Assembly: GCA_964576005.1 (NCBI GenBank)
Contig: CAZNTM010000001.1
Location: forward strand, 3,711-67,710
Length of the DNA: 64,000 bases
Reading direction: 5' to 3'
DNA from: an uncultured Gammaproteobacteria bacterium
Lineage (GTDB): Bacteria > Patescibacteriota > Patescibacteriia > JACRJV01
Position 1 is the stretch's first letter; every line of letters starts with the position of its first letter. Made by a program: the position numbers and the translations under genes. A model generated the notes under the pieces. The model saw nothing but the letters and a program-made list of their open reading frames with translations, was not told the DNA's origin and did not search any database. Shown piece after piece: positions 56,284 through 64,000 of the stretch.

Positions 56284-58001
56284 AGATGTGTACTCGAAGG
56301 TTTATCAAGATTGAAGGGGAGAAACTTCCAGACATGTGGGCTGATATTGGTAATTCGTGGATTTTCACGGAGAAAACGTCGTAGTGCGAGGGAGGGTTGT
56401 TGGCGATCTCCGATAAAGAGATAGATTGGTTTTTTATACATCGCTAACATAGCCTCTCGGTCCACGTTTTCTCTCGTGCTCCAAAATTGATTCCACATTG
56501 TGTATGTCCAGAGATCCCAGGTGAGCCATCCAGGCGCAATCGTTGGCTCAAAACCGGTATAGGCGTAGACCCAGGGGGTGTACATCGCATCCGTTGCCAT
56601 GGTGTAAACATATGGTCTTTGGGAGCCCACCATCTCCATCACTGCGGTCAGCTCTGCGGCTTCGCTGGTGGTAAACTGTGGCGGATGGTTCAGGATAACA
56701 CCGGCGCTAAAGAGCAGCGCCCCAATCCCTAAGAGCCCCAACCAGAGCTGGCTCATGGCGTATTGTCGGATGCGGATAAGAAAGGTCAAGAGCACTGGTG
56801 CGGCAAGGAGCAACACCATGCTGTCTAGAGCAATGAGATTGCGGTGTTGGTAGAGTACCGGCGCTGACGAAAGTGCGAGCAGGACTGCAACCAAGATGGG
56901 GAAGAGGAGCATTCGCCCTTCGGTAGCGGCAGACCGAAACAGCTTGAGCTGCTGAAGAAACCCCAACGTGGCAAATGGAAGGTAAAAGAGACTATTGAGA
57001 CGCATCGTGGCGAACGGGATGAAGAGGCCCTTACGGTGTTCAACTTCCCATAGTGCCCCGGTGGTCGCGAGGCCCTTATATCGAAAGATAAATTCGAAGT
57101 AGTTGGCGATGTCTTCTTTTGTTTTTAACGAGAGTATAAGTCCGGCCCCGATGATGGCGCTGATCGTGAGCCAAAAGGTCTCACGATCAATCCTTCGCGT
57201 GCGAGAGAGTTGCCAAACGATCCGTATCGCGAGATAGAGCGCTAACGCAATGGAAAATGGGATCGCGGTTTGGAGGTGGACCGCCGCACCCACTGCCGCC
57301 AACGGCAGTGCGATCCATTGGCCGCGGAGAAAAAAGCCAAGTGCAAAAAGAAGAAAAGGAAGCGCCGCGGATTGTTTATAAAACATCCACCAATACCCCA
57401 TATATTGGTTAATGGAGACGGCAGCAAGAATGAGGACAATGACTCCAATGGTTTCGCGTTGGCGTTTCGAAACCGGCAAGGAGCGAGCAAGAAAGTAGAG
57501 TGCTCCTAAAGTGAGGGCTTGGTGCAGAAGGTGGAGCGCATGGATTGCGACAAGAGGAGAAATCCCAAGATGGTAGGCGATAAACCAGGGTGTATAGGCG
57601 ATATTGCTCGTCCCTAGTGTTTTTAAGCTCGTACCTGCGGGGGTCACGAGGGTAAAATATCTCCAGTAGAAGCCGGTATCGTATCCCAGTGGCGCCTCCC
57701 CAAAGCGCAAAAATGGCAGAATACGGAGGCTCATAAAAAAAACAGACGCTCCGAGCACAATAAGGGCGTATCGTTCGGGAGTAAGCCACAAGGAGCTTTC
57801 ATGGTTATTCTCATTCGTCGGTCCTTGAGCAAGTACGAGATAAATGAAGAGAGCGTAGAGTAAAAATGGAACCTGGAAGAGTAGCGGCATTGCTTCGTAG
57901 GTCGCGAGCGTCAGTAACACCATAAAAACTACACCTACGGCAATAGGCTTAGATCGTAATTGCAGCCATTCCATTACTATTTTTTTACTGTGCATAACCA
58001 T
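56280..58001 (-). CDS. Polytopic membrane protein, GT-C-like glycosyltransferase candidate (paralog of 16705..18441)
   Basis: 573 aa, >10 TM helices, soluble C-terminal domain. Confidence 0.5.
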   Translation of the reverse strand: MVMHSKKIVMEWLQLRSKPIAVGVVFMVLLTLATYEAMPLLFQVPFLLYALFIYLVLAQGPTNENNHESSLWLTPERYALIVLGASVFFMSLRILPFLRFGEAPLGYDTGFYWRYFTLVTPAGTSLKTLGTSNIAYTPWFIAYHLGISPLVAIHALHLLHQALTLGALYFLARSLPVSKRQRETIGVIVLILAAVSINQYMGYWWMFYKQSAALPFLLFALGFFLRGQWIALPLAAVGAAVHLQTAIPFSIALALYLAIRIVWQLSRTRRIDRETFWLTISAIIGAGLILSLKTKEDIANYFEFIFRYKGLATTGALWEVEHRKGLFIPFATMRLNSLFYLPFATLGFLQQLKLFRSAATEGRMLLFPILVAVLLALSSAPVLYQHRNLIALDSMVLLLAAPVLLTFLIRIRQYAMSQLWLGLLGIGALLFSAGVILNHPPQFTTSEAAELTAVMEMVGSQRPYVYTMATDAMYTPWVYAYTGFEPTIAPGWLTWDLWTYTMWNQFWSTRENVDREAMLAMYKKPIYLFIGDRQQPSLALRRFLRENPRITNISPHVWKFLPFNLDKPSSTHL

Positions 58002-58034
58002 TGCTTTGCCCGTTGTCAGGAAAGTTTGTATAAT

Positions 58035-58063
58035 GGTACTACACTTGTGGATAAGTGTGTATA
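58035..58063 (+). promoter_or_regulatory. Promoter candidate TTGCCC-17 nt-TGTATAAT (extended -10) in AT-rich divergent spacer
   Basis: Perfect TATAAT 58058-58063 with TG at -14/-15; AT-rich 146-bp spacer 58002-58147. Confidence 0.45.
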
Positions 58064-58147
58064 AGTTTTTTTATAGAGTTTCATTCTTAGCTGGTTCATC
58101 TTAATTGAGCCCAAATTAATTGGCAAATCTTAAACCTTTGAGTCTTT

Positions 58148-59299
58148 ATGGAAAAAGAGCATTTGCGAGTTCGCCAGCAATGGCCCGGAGCGATTGGCAG
58201 CGCCGTCATGGTGCTTTTCGTGCTTTCTTCGCTCTTGTTTAACCGGACCGTGCAAGCATTAAACCAAGCCGCGGGAAACTACGGATACTATGGCGGGACC
58301 TATGGCTACAACACGACGGCCTCTTCTGACGACCTGCCAAATCCACCAACCAGCCTAACTTCGGTGCTCGCGACCACCTCCATCACCTTTAGCTGGACTG
58401 CTCCGACGATGACAGCACTTGGCACCTCGCTTAATAACTTGAGCGGTTATTGCTATGCGACTGGGACGTCTGCTCCATCAAATTGTACGCTTTCCAGCAG
58501 CACAACCATGAGCACGAGTGTGACGATTTCCGGTCTTAGCCCAAGCACGACCACGTACATTAATGTTCGCGCATACGACAGCAACAATAACTTAAGCAAT
58601 ACAGCGCTCACTGGCAGTGCGACCACTGCGGCGGCTGCAGGTACCGGAGGCGGTGGTGGATCTGCTAGCTCTGTTGGGGCTGCACCGGCTCCTGCTCCAG
58701 CTCCGGCCATTGCGCCTTCTCCCGCTCCAGCTCCAGTACCCGCTCCAGCTCTCGCGCCACAGCAGATTGTTCAGGAAGCGCGAAGAACTGCCATAGAGGT
58801 CCGTAAGGAACTGCAGGAAGCGCGCGTCGCGCTCACGAAAGCCACTCCAGCTCAAGCAAGGGTAATTGCCAAAGACATCTCTGCAGCCCTGACCGAGTCC
58901 TTGAAAGCGGGAAATGATGCGCTCAAAGCCGTCAAGTCTGCGCTGGCAACAGCAGAAACCGCGCTGAAGACCATTCAGAAGAACCAGAGGAGAAAGGGGC
59001 TTTCAAAGGCCCAGAAGACAGCGCTCCAGAAGAGTCTTAAAGTGGCGCAAGCAGCAGTACAGGAAGCGCGCACCGCGGTAAAAACAGTGACCACGGCAAA
59101 CAAGCAGGCAGCAAAGCTTGCCAAGGACGCGAGTAAACAGCTTACCGCAATCAAGAAAGCGCCAAACAAGAAAGTCGTTGGTTTGGCAAAGGCAATGCTT
59201 AAGGCTGCGGAAGCAGCAAGCAAAGCGCTTGAGAGAGCCGTGGCAGTAAGCTCAAAGGCTGCGGCAAAGCCGGCCCCGAAGAAGGCCCCGAAGAAGTAG
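58148..59299 (+). CDS. Secreted/surface protein: signal peptide, fibronectin-type-III-like domain with multiple N-x-S/T sequons, Pro/Ala linker, Lys/Ala-rich (histone-H1-like) C-terminal tail
   Basis: N-terminal charged-then-hydrophobic signal (…AIGSAVMVLFVLSSLLF…VQA); SITFSWTAP...YINVRAYD FN3 pattern; APAPAPAPAIAPSPAPAPVPAPALAP linker; C-terminal AKKA/KAAK-rich ~170 aa. Confidence 0.6.
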   Translation: MEKEHLRVRQQWPGAIGSAVMVLFVLSSLLFNRTVQALNQAAGNYGYYGGTYGYNTTASSDDLPNPPTSLTSVLATTSITFSWTAPTMTALGTSLNNLSGYCYATGTSAPSNCTLSSSTTMSTSVTISGLSPSTTTYINVRAYDSNNNLSNTALTGSATTAAAAGTGGGGGSASSVGAAPAPAPAPAIAPSPAPAPVPAPALAPQQIVQEARRTAIEVRKELQEARVALTKATPAQARVIAKDISAALTESLKAGNDALKAVKSALATAETALKTIQKNQRRKGLSKAQKTALQKSLKVAQAAVQEARTAVKTVTTANKQAAKLAKDASKQLTAIKKAPNKKVVGLAKAMLKAAEAASKALERAVAVSSKAAAKPAPKKAPKK

Positions 59300-59322
59300 C
59301 CGACAACAACCTTGAGGCTTCG

Positions 59323-59354
59323 AAAGACCCTCCGATTGCGATCGGGGGGTCTTT
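59323..59354 (+). terminator. Rho-independent terminator candidate (14-bp stem aaagaccctccgat / atcggggggtcttt, loop tgcg)
   Basis: Read directly 24 nt after the stop at 59297-59299; 3' arm ends in a TCTTT run. Confidence 0.45.
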
Positions 59355-59362
59355 GCTACGTT

Positions 59363-60847
59363 GTGCCAATAAGTTTTCTTCTGCGGATTCTTGCGCTTGG
59401 GTTTCTCGGCGGCGTCTTTGCGCGATCCGCGCTCTTTGCCGTTCGAATTGCCGCCCAGTATCCTGAAGGTCCGTTGTTTCCGGCGGCGCTTTTTTTATTC
59501 ATGCTTATTGCCGGCGTTCTTCTTTGCATCCGCCGCTTTCACCTTGCGCTTTTGTTGGCAACAGCCTTCCTCTTTGGCTTTTTTCGTCTCGATGTTTCTA
59601 TTCGCTTTCCGCCTCGACTGCCGCCATCCCCGGTGGAGCTTACTGGGATCGTTCGTTTGGCGCCCATCATTACCGATACGAGCGATGGGTGGAATGTGCT
59701 GGTTGATCTCCCGAGTCTCGAAGCCTTTGGACGCGGCAGCATGGTACGGGTGCGCTGTCGCTTGAGGCAGCAAGGGAGCTGGTCGCAACGATTGCGCGGT
59801 TTTAGTTTCGCTCCAGTACTTCGCGCCATCCGTCGGCACGAAAAAGGCACGTGCGTGCCAATAGAAATGACCGTCATCTCATCTGCGCCGCTTGCTGACC
59901 GGCTCCGTGATCTTCCGCGCCGTACCCGGCATCGCCTTGCAACAGCGGCGGGAGATCTTCTTCCAATGCAATCGGCGACGTTGTTGAGAAGTATCGTTTT
60001 GGGGATTGATGAGAACGTTTCACGCGAGATGACCGATGCTTTCCGGCGCACCGGCACGCTTCATCTGCTTGTGGTTTCCGGATCACATTTTGCATTGCTC
60101 GCGCGATACCTTGAGACATTGCTCACGTGGCTTCGGTTCCGGCGTCGCCAGCGCGCTGCCCTTATCTCACTTTTTTTAGGCTTCTTCCTTCTTGTGATTG
60201 GAGCGCCTGCCTCTGCAATCCGCGGGTATCTTGCATCGCTCTCGGTGGTCGTTGCTGGTGTTCTTGACCGGCCGCGGAGCGCCGTTCACCTGCTCGGGCT
60301 TATTGCCGCCGGCATGGTATTGTTTGATCCATGGCTGCTCGTATTTGATTTGGGATTCCAGCTTTCGGTGTTGGCAAGCCTCGGGGTCATTGTCTTGAGC
60401 CTGCCCATTGATGAACGACTCGCGCGACTTTTCCACTGGGTGCGTCTTCCTTCTGTTCGCGCATCCACGGCATCAACGCTCGCAGCGCTTTGCGCAACGG
60501 TTCCGCTACTCCTCTGGTTTGCGGGCGAGCTTTCGCTTGTTGCCCCGCTTGCGAACGTTCCGGCAGTGCTTTTATCCCCCATGCTCTTAAACGTCGGTCT
60601 TGTCTTTCTTGCTCTTGCTTCGCTTTCTCTATTGCTTGCGCGCCTCATCGCTCCAGCCGTTGCATTCCTTTTCGAGGGGTTTGCGCTGCTCATTGCCGCG
60701 TTCGCCGATGCGCCCCTTGCAAGTCTCACCCTTGGGAGCATCCCTCTGTCGTTTGTGGTTGCCTATTACGTCTTTTTTCTTGTCCTCTGTTGGCGCTTGG
60801 TGTTTTCTTCTTACCATTGTCATTTTCCAGTCCCTGTAGTACACTGA
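59363..60847 (+). CDS. ComEC/Rec2-family DNA-uptake channel protein (competence domain only; no C-terminal beta-lactamase-fold domain)
   Basis: LHLLVVSGSHFALL matches the ComEC competence-domain signature; multiple TM helices. Start uncertain: ORF track uses TTG 59312 (inside terminator); GTG 59363 or ATG 59501 possible. Confidence 0.55.
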   Translation: MPISFLLRILALGFLGGVFARSALFAVRIAAQYPEGPLFPAALFLFMLIAGVLLCIRRFHLALLLATAFLFGFFRLDVSIRFPPRLPPSPVELTGIVRLAPIITDTSDGWNVLVDLPSLEAFGRGSMVRVRCRLRQQGSWSQRLRGFSFAPVLRAIRRHEKGTCVPIEMTVISSAPLADRLRDLPRRTRHRLATAAGDLLPMQSATLLRSIVLGIDENVSREMTDAFRRTGTLHLLVVSGSHFALLARYLETLLTWLRFRRRQRAALISLFLGFFLLVIGAPASAIRGYLASLSVVVAGVLDRPRSAVHLLGLIAAGMVLFDPWLLVFDLGFQLSVLASLGVIVLSLPIDERLARLFHWVRLPSVRASTASTLAALCATVPLLLWFAGELSLVAPLANVPAVLLSPMLLNVGLVFLALASLSLLLARLIAPAVAFLFEGFALLIAAFADAPLASLTLGSIPLSFVVAYYVFFLVLCWRLVFSSYHCHFPVPVVH

Positions 60848-60977
60848 GACTGTAGAAAAATGCTTTATTTATGCCCTGAGCTTGTCGAAGGGCTACCGAA
60901 ATCGTAAAGAAATCCTTCGACTCCGCTTGCGCTTCGCTCAGGAAATAATCCCTTCGAGTTATTTTTCTACAGTCTCA
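60845..60977 (+). mobile_element. MITE-like element type B (133 bp; perfect 17-bp TIRs tgagactgtagaaaaat / atttttctacagtctca) related to family A
   Basis: Contains hairpin gccc-TGAGCTTGTCGAA-gggc sharing the 13-nt loop motif of family A; begins at the comEC stop codon and ends 4 nt before the ndk ATG. Confidence 0.65.
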
Positions 60978-60981
60978 CACC

Positions 60982-61590
60982 ATGACCACCATTGTTGATA
61001 TGAAACACCCTAAAGAAGAGCGCACTTTTTTGCTCGTGAAGCCCGATGGGGTGAAGCGGGGCTTGGTCGGCGAGGTTATTCGTCGCATCGAACAGCGCGG
61101 CCTCAAGATCATTGCTCTGGAGATGATCTCGGCCACCCCAGAGCAGGTGGACGGACACTATCCGAAGGAGCAATTATGGATCAATCGCCTCGGAGAGAAG
61201 ACCCTTGCGACGTACGCGAAGTACGGGTATGACGCGCCACATGAGCTTGGCACGGACGATCCGAAGCGCATCGGAGCGATGGTCCGCAGTTGGCTCATCG
61301 AGGGGCTTACCTCCGGACCAATCGTAAAAATGGTTATTGAGGGGATCCACGCGGTTGATATGGTCCGAAAACTCGCAGGCTCGACCATGCCTTCTGCCGC
61401 AGAGATGGGCACGATTCGGGGGGATTATTCGGTAGATTCTCCGGCAGCGGCGAATCGCGACAAACGGGCGGTCCGCAATCTCGTCCACGCGTCCGAAACC
61501 CCCGAGGAAGCGCGACACGAGATTGAGTACTGGCTTGCTCCGGAAGAACTCCACCCGTACAAACGCGCCGAAGAAGACATCATGTTTTAA
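60982..61590 (+). CDS. ndk: Nucleoside diphosphate kinase (with an internal insertion)
   Basis: ERTFLLVKPDGVKRGLVGEVIRRIEQRGLKI N-terminus and NLVHASET (active-site His) block. Confidence 0.75.
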   Translation: MTTIVDMKHPKEERTFLLVKPDGVKRGLVGEVIRRIEQRGLKIIALEMISATPEQVDGHYPKEQLWINRLGEKTLATYAKYGYDAPHELGTDDPKRIGAMVRSWLIEGLTSGPIVKMVIEGIHAVDMVRKLAGSTMPSAAEMGTIRGDYSVDSPAAANRDKRAVRNLVHASETPEEARHEIEYWLAPEELHPYKRAEEDIMF

Positions 61591-61594
61591 GTTC

Positions 61595-61945
61595 ATGTCG
61601 CTCTTTCACCAGCGGGCGGCATATCTCACTGCGATCGGATTGTGGGCGTTGCAGGCCTCTGCGGTGATTTCCGTTTTGCCAAAACTTCACGCTGCGGCAA
61701 GTCCAGTGCCGCTGCAGCTTAATGTGGAAGTTGGGGTTGTTTCGGTCGGACACTGGGCATGGGTGCTCCTGCCGGCGATTTTAAGTGTGCTCGTCACTGG
61801 TGGTAATGCTCTGCTTGCGCGATTCCTCCGACAGGAACGCGCGGGGGCGCTGCTCGCCTACGCGAGCGTGTTTGGTGCCTTGCTGTTTCTCTTCGGGAGT
61901 ATCGCAGTGGTCCGGTTTGCCGTCGCGGAGAATCTTTCCGGATAA
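61595..61945 (+). CDS. Small hypothetical membrane protein (116 aa, 3 TM)
   Basis: ATG 61595 five nt after ndk stop; hydrophobic segments; no known motif. Confidence 0.35.
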   Translation: MSLFHQRAAYLTAIGLWALQASAVISVLPKLHAAASPVPLQLNVEVGVVSVGHWAWVLLPAILSVLVTGGNALLARFLRQERAGALLAYASVFGALLFLFGSIAVVRFAVAENLSG

Positions 61946-61952
61946 GGCGTCT

Positions 61953-62996
61953 ATGCCTCTTGCGATCGTCAAGATTTTTTTCCTCACCACCCTCTCGTTT
62001 CTCGTAGCGATGGGCGTGGCTCCGATCTTCATCCGATTTTTGCGTCGCTATCATTTCGGCAAGCGATTGCGACCGGTAGCGGAAACGCCGGTCTATAGCA
62101 CGCTTCATCAGGCAAAAGCAGGAACCCCTACCATGGGCGGGGTGCTCATTTGGGGGACGACATTGCTGCTTTCTCTCGTGCTTGCCGGCGCTTCGTTGCT
62201 TCTGCCGAATACGCTCTTTTCTTCCCTCTCCTTCCTGTCGCGTTCGCAGACCTACCTGCCATTGGGTGCGCTCATTGCCGCGGCAGTGGTCGGATTGTTT
62301 GATGACCTCTTTAATATCTACGCGATCGGTCCCTCTGGAGGCGGGCTTCGGATGCGTCACCGGCTCGTCCTCTATACGCTCATTGCAGTCGTCGGCGCCT
62401 ACTGGTTTTATGTGAAGCTCGAATGGGATATTTTGCGCGTGCCGTTTTTTGGAGACATTCCCATTGGGCTTTGGTATCTTCCGCTGTTTATTCTTGTCAT
62501 TGTCGCCACCGCGTTTTCCGTCAACGAAATTGACGGGCTTGATGGGCTTGCTGCCGGCACCCTGCTTGCGGCGTTCGGAGCCTACGGAATCATCGCCTTT
62601 GCGCAGGGGAAAGTGGATTTGGCCGCTTTCTGCGGCGTCATTGTCGGGGCCTTACTCGCGTTCATCTGGTTTAACATTCCTCCCGCGAAATTCTTCATGG
62701 GCGACACCGGAGCAATGGGGCTCGGAGTCACCTTGGGCGTGGTGGCAATGCTCACGAACGCGGCGTTGCTGCTGCCGCTGATCGGATTGCTCTTTGTCCT
62801 TGAGTCGCTGTCTGTTTTTGCGCAAATCATCTCCCGGAGGCTGTTTGGCCGGAAGTTGCTTAAAAGTGCGCCGCTCCATCATCATCTCGAAGCCATTGGC
62901 TGGGGAGAACCCCAGATCGTCATGCGTTTTTGGATCATTGCGCTGGTCACGGCAGTCGTTGGCCTTATTCTGGCGTTGCTGGATATCGTGAGGTGA
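61953..62996 (+). CDS. mraY: Phospho-N-acetylmuramoyl-pentapeptide transferase
   Basis: HQAKAGTPTMGG, NEIDGLDGLAAG, FMGDTGAMGLG and APLHHHLE motifs; ATG 61953 (internal Met of ORF 61785..62996) with AAGG upstream. Confidence 0.8.
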   Translation: MPLAIVKIFFLTTLSFLVAMGVAPIFIRFLRRYHFGKRLRPVAETPVYSTLHQAKAGTPTMGGVLIWGTTLLLSLVLAGASLLLPNTLFSSLSFLSRSQTYLPLGALIAAAVVGLFDDLFNIYAIGPSGGGLRMRHRLVLYTLIAVVGAYWFYVKLEWDILRVPFFGDIPIGLWYLPLFILVIVATAFSVNEIDGLDGLAAGTLLAAFGAYGIIAFAQGKVDLAAFCGVIVGALLAFIWFNIPPAKFFMGDTGAMGLGVTLGVVAMLTNAALLLPLIGLLFVLESLSVFAQIISRRLFGRKLLKSAPLHHHLEAIGWGEPQIVMRFWIIALVTAVVGLILALLDIVR

Positions 62997-62998
62997 TT

Positions 62999-64000
62999 AT
63001 GCGCCCGCTCACCCTCCAACGCGACCTCCTCTTGGGGCTCACTGGATTGCTGCTCGTTGCCGGTCTCGTTCTCCTTGCCTCTGCAAGCAACGTTGTTGGT
63101 TTTCAACGCTTTGGAGATTCGTACTTTTACTTCAAACACCAACTGCTTTTCGGCGTGCTTCCCGGCATCATTCTTTTTGTCATTGCGAAGCGCCTCCCCC
63201 TCGCATTCTGGCGAAAGATTTCGCCGTGGTTTTACCTTGCGATTCTCGTATTGCTTGTCGTCGTGCTCCTTCCCGGGATCCGCGGCATTGGCAATACGAA
63301 GAGCTGGATTGTGCTCGGAGCGTTTTCATTCCAGCCAGCAGAGATCGGGAAGTTCGCCCTCATTCTGGTCCTCGCGTGGTGGGGGGAGGTGAAACGCGAC
63401 CTTGGTTCTTTCCTGCTCATCCTTCTTCCCGTCGTGGTCCTCTTGGCGCTTCAGCCGGACATTGGGACCCTCTTCGTGCTCGTGGGGATTGCTTTGGTCA
63501 TGTACTACCTTGCCGGCGGAAAACTTACGCATCTTGCAATTTTGTTTCTTTTGGCTCTGGCCGCATTGGCGCTTTTGGTGTTTGCGGCGCCGTATCGTTT
63601 GGATCGTCTCGCGGTTTTTTGGAATGATCAATACGATCCTCAAGGTGCGGGATACCATGTGCGTCAGGCGCTCATTGCCATCGGCTCTGGCGGGCTCTGG
63701 GGCAGGGGACTGGGGCATTCTCGCCAGAAGTTCCAGTATCTTCCCGAGGTGCAGTCCGATTCCCTCTTTGCGGTTGCTGCGGAGGAGCTTGGGTTTATCT
63801 TTACCGCCATTTTTCTTGTCGTGCTCGTGGTCTTCTGGCGATCAATGCTCAAACTCGCTCTTTTGCGAGACGATCGTTTTTCGCGCGTTGCGATCGGGGG
63901 GATACTCGCATGGTTTGTGCTGCAGACGTTTTTAAATCTTGGCGCCATGGTCGGCGTTCTGCCGCTCACTGGGGTGCCGTTGCCCCTGATTAGTTACGGC
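62999..64000 (+). CDS. ftsW: SEDS-family peptidoglycan glycosyltransferase FtsW/RodA (3' end beyond window)
   Basis: Own translation from ATG 62999 is open to the window end and contains the SEDS motifs AIGSGGLWGRGLGHS.QKF.YLPE..SD..FAV.AEELGF and LPLTGVPLPLISYG. Confidence 0.75.
   Translation, partial: MRPLTLQRDLLLGLTGLLLVAGLVLLASASNVVGFQRFGDSYFYFKHQLLFGVLPGIILFVIAKRLPLAFWRKISPWFYLAILVLLVVVLLPGIRGIGNTKSWIVLGAFSFQPAEIGKFALILVLAWWGEVKRDLGSFLLILLPVVVLLALQPDIGTLFVLVGIALVMYYLAGGKLTHLAILFLLALAALALLVFAAPYRLDRLAVFWNDQYDPQGAGYHVRQALIAIGSGGLWGRGLGHSRQKFQYLPEVQSDSLFAVAAEELGFIFTAIFLVVLVVFWRSMLKLALLRDDRFSRVAIGGILAWFVLQTFLNLGAMVGVLPLTGVPLPLISYG

Noticed and set aside
59539-60057. 172-aa minus ORF and several other ORFs inside 59312..60847
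   Set aside because: Antisense/alternative frames within the ComEC-like gene; Arg-rich low-complexity translations.
1-64000. Search for CRISPR arrays, tRNA/rRNA genes, toxin-antitoxin or known defence-system genes (nucleases, helicases, ATPases, reverse transcriptases)
   Set aside because: No direct-repeat/spacer arrays, no tRNA-like T-arm motifs, and no ORFs with Walker-A ATPase, HNH, PD-(D/E)xK or RT motifs were seen. The novelty in this window appears to be biosynthetic and mobile-element related rather than immune.

Overview
High-GC (roughly 55-60% by eye) bacterial chromosomal segment, densely coding on both strands. No CRISPR arrays, tRNA or rRNA genes were found. Almost the whole window, about 39 to 58000, is one composite cell-surface glycan locus. 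Its parts are: (1) glycosyltransferases (GT2, GT4, GtrA/GtrB, two large GT-C-like membrane paralogs), Wzy-like, Wzz-like and WecA/MraY-like proteins, five SDR epimerase/dehydratases and at least five SAM methyltransferases. (2) A nonulosonic (sialic-like) acid pathway: NeuB-, NeuC- and NeuA-like genes plus PseB-like dehydratase, WecB-like epimerase, GNAT and AsnB-like amidotransferase. (3) Unusual accessory modules: a fused nucleotidyltransferase/APH-like kinase next to a second nucleotidyltransferase, myo-inositol-phosphate synthase and an inositol monophosphatase, an AcpS/acyl-ligase/ACP/hotdog module with a near-consensus promoter, a kinase-like/methyltransferase fusion, two tandem paralogs of unknown function, a frameshifted Gfo/Idh/MocA oxidoreductase, and an LtaS-like transferase. 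Mobile DNA: an IS200-like REP-associated tyrosine transposase (RAYT) flanked and interrupted by three identical REP hairpins; a ~133-bp palindromic MITE family with three near-identical copies, each flanked by 6-7 bp target-site duplications; and a related element sitting exactly between a comEC-like gene and ndk. The right edge enters core envelope genes (ndk, mraY, ftsW truncated at the window end). A secreted FN3-domain protein with a Lys/Ala-rich tail lies between the glycan locus and comEC. All functional calls are from motif recognition in the ORF translations; no database searches were possible. Several ORF-track starts are TTG/GTG and were re-placed on in-frame ATGs where an RBS or neighbour spacing supported it.
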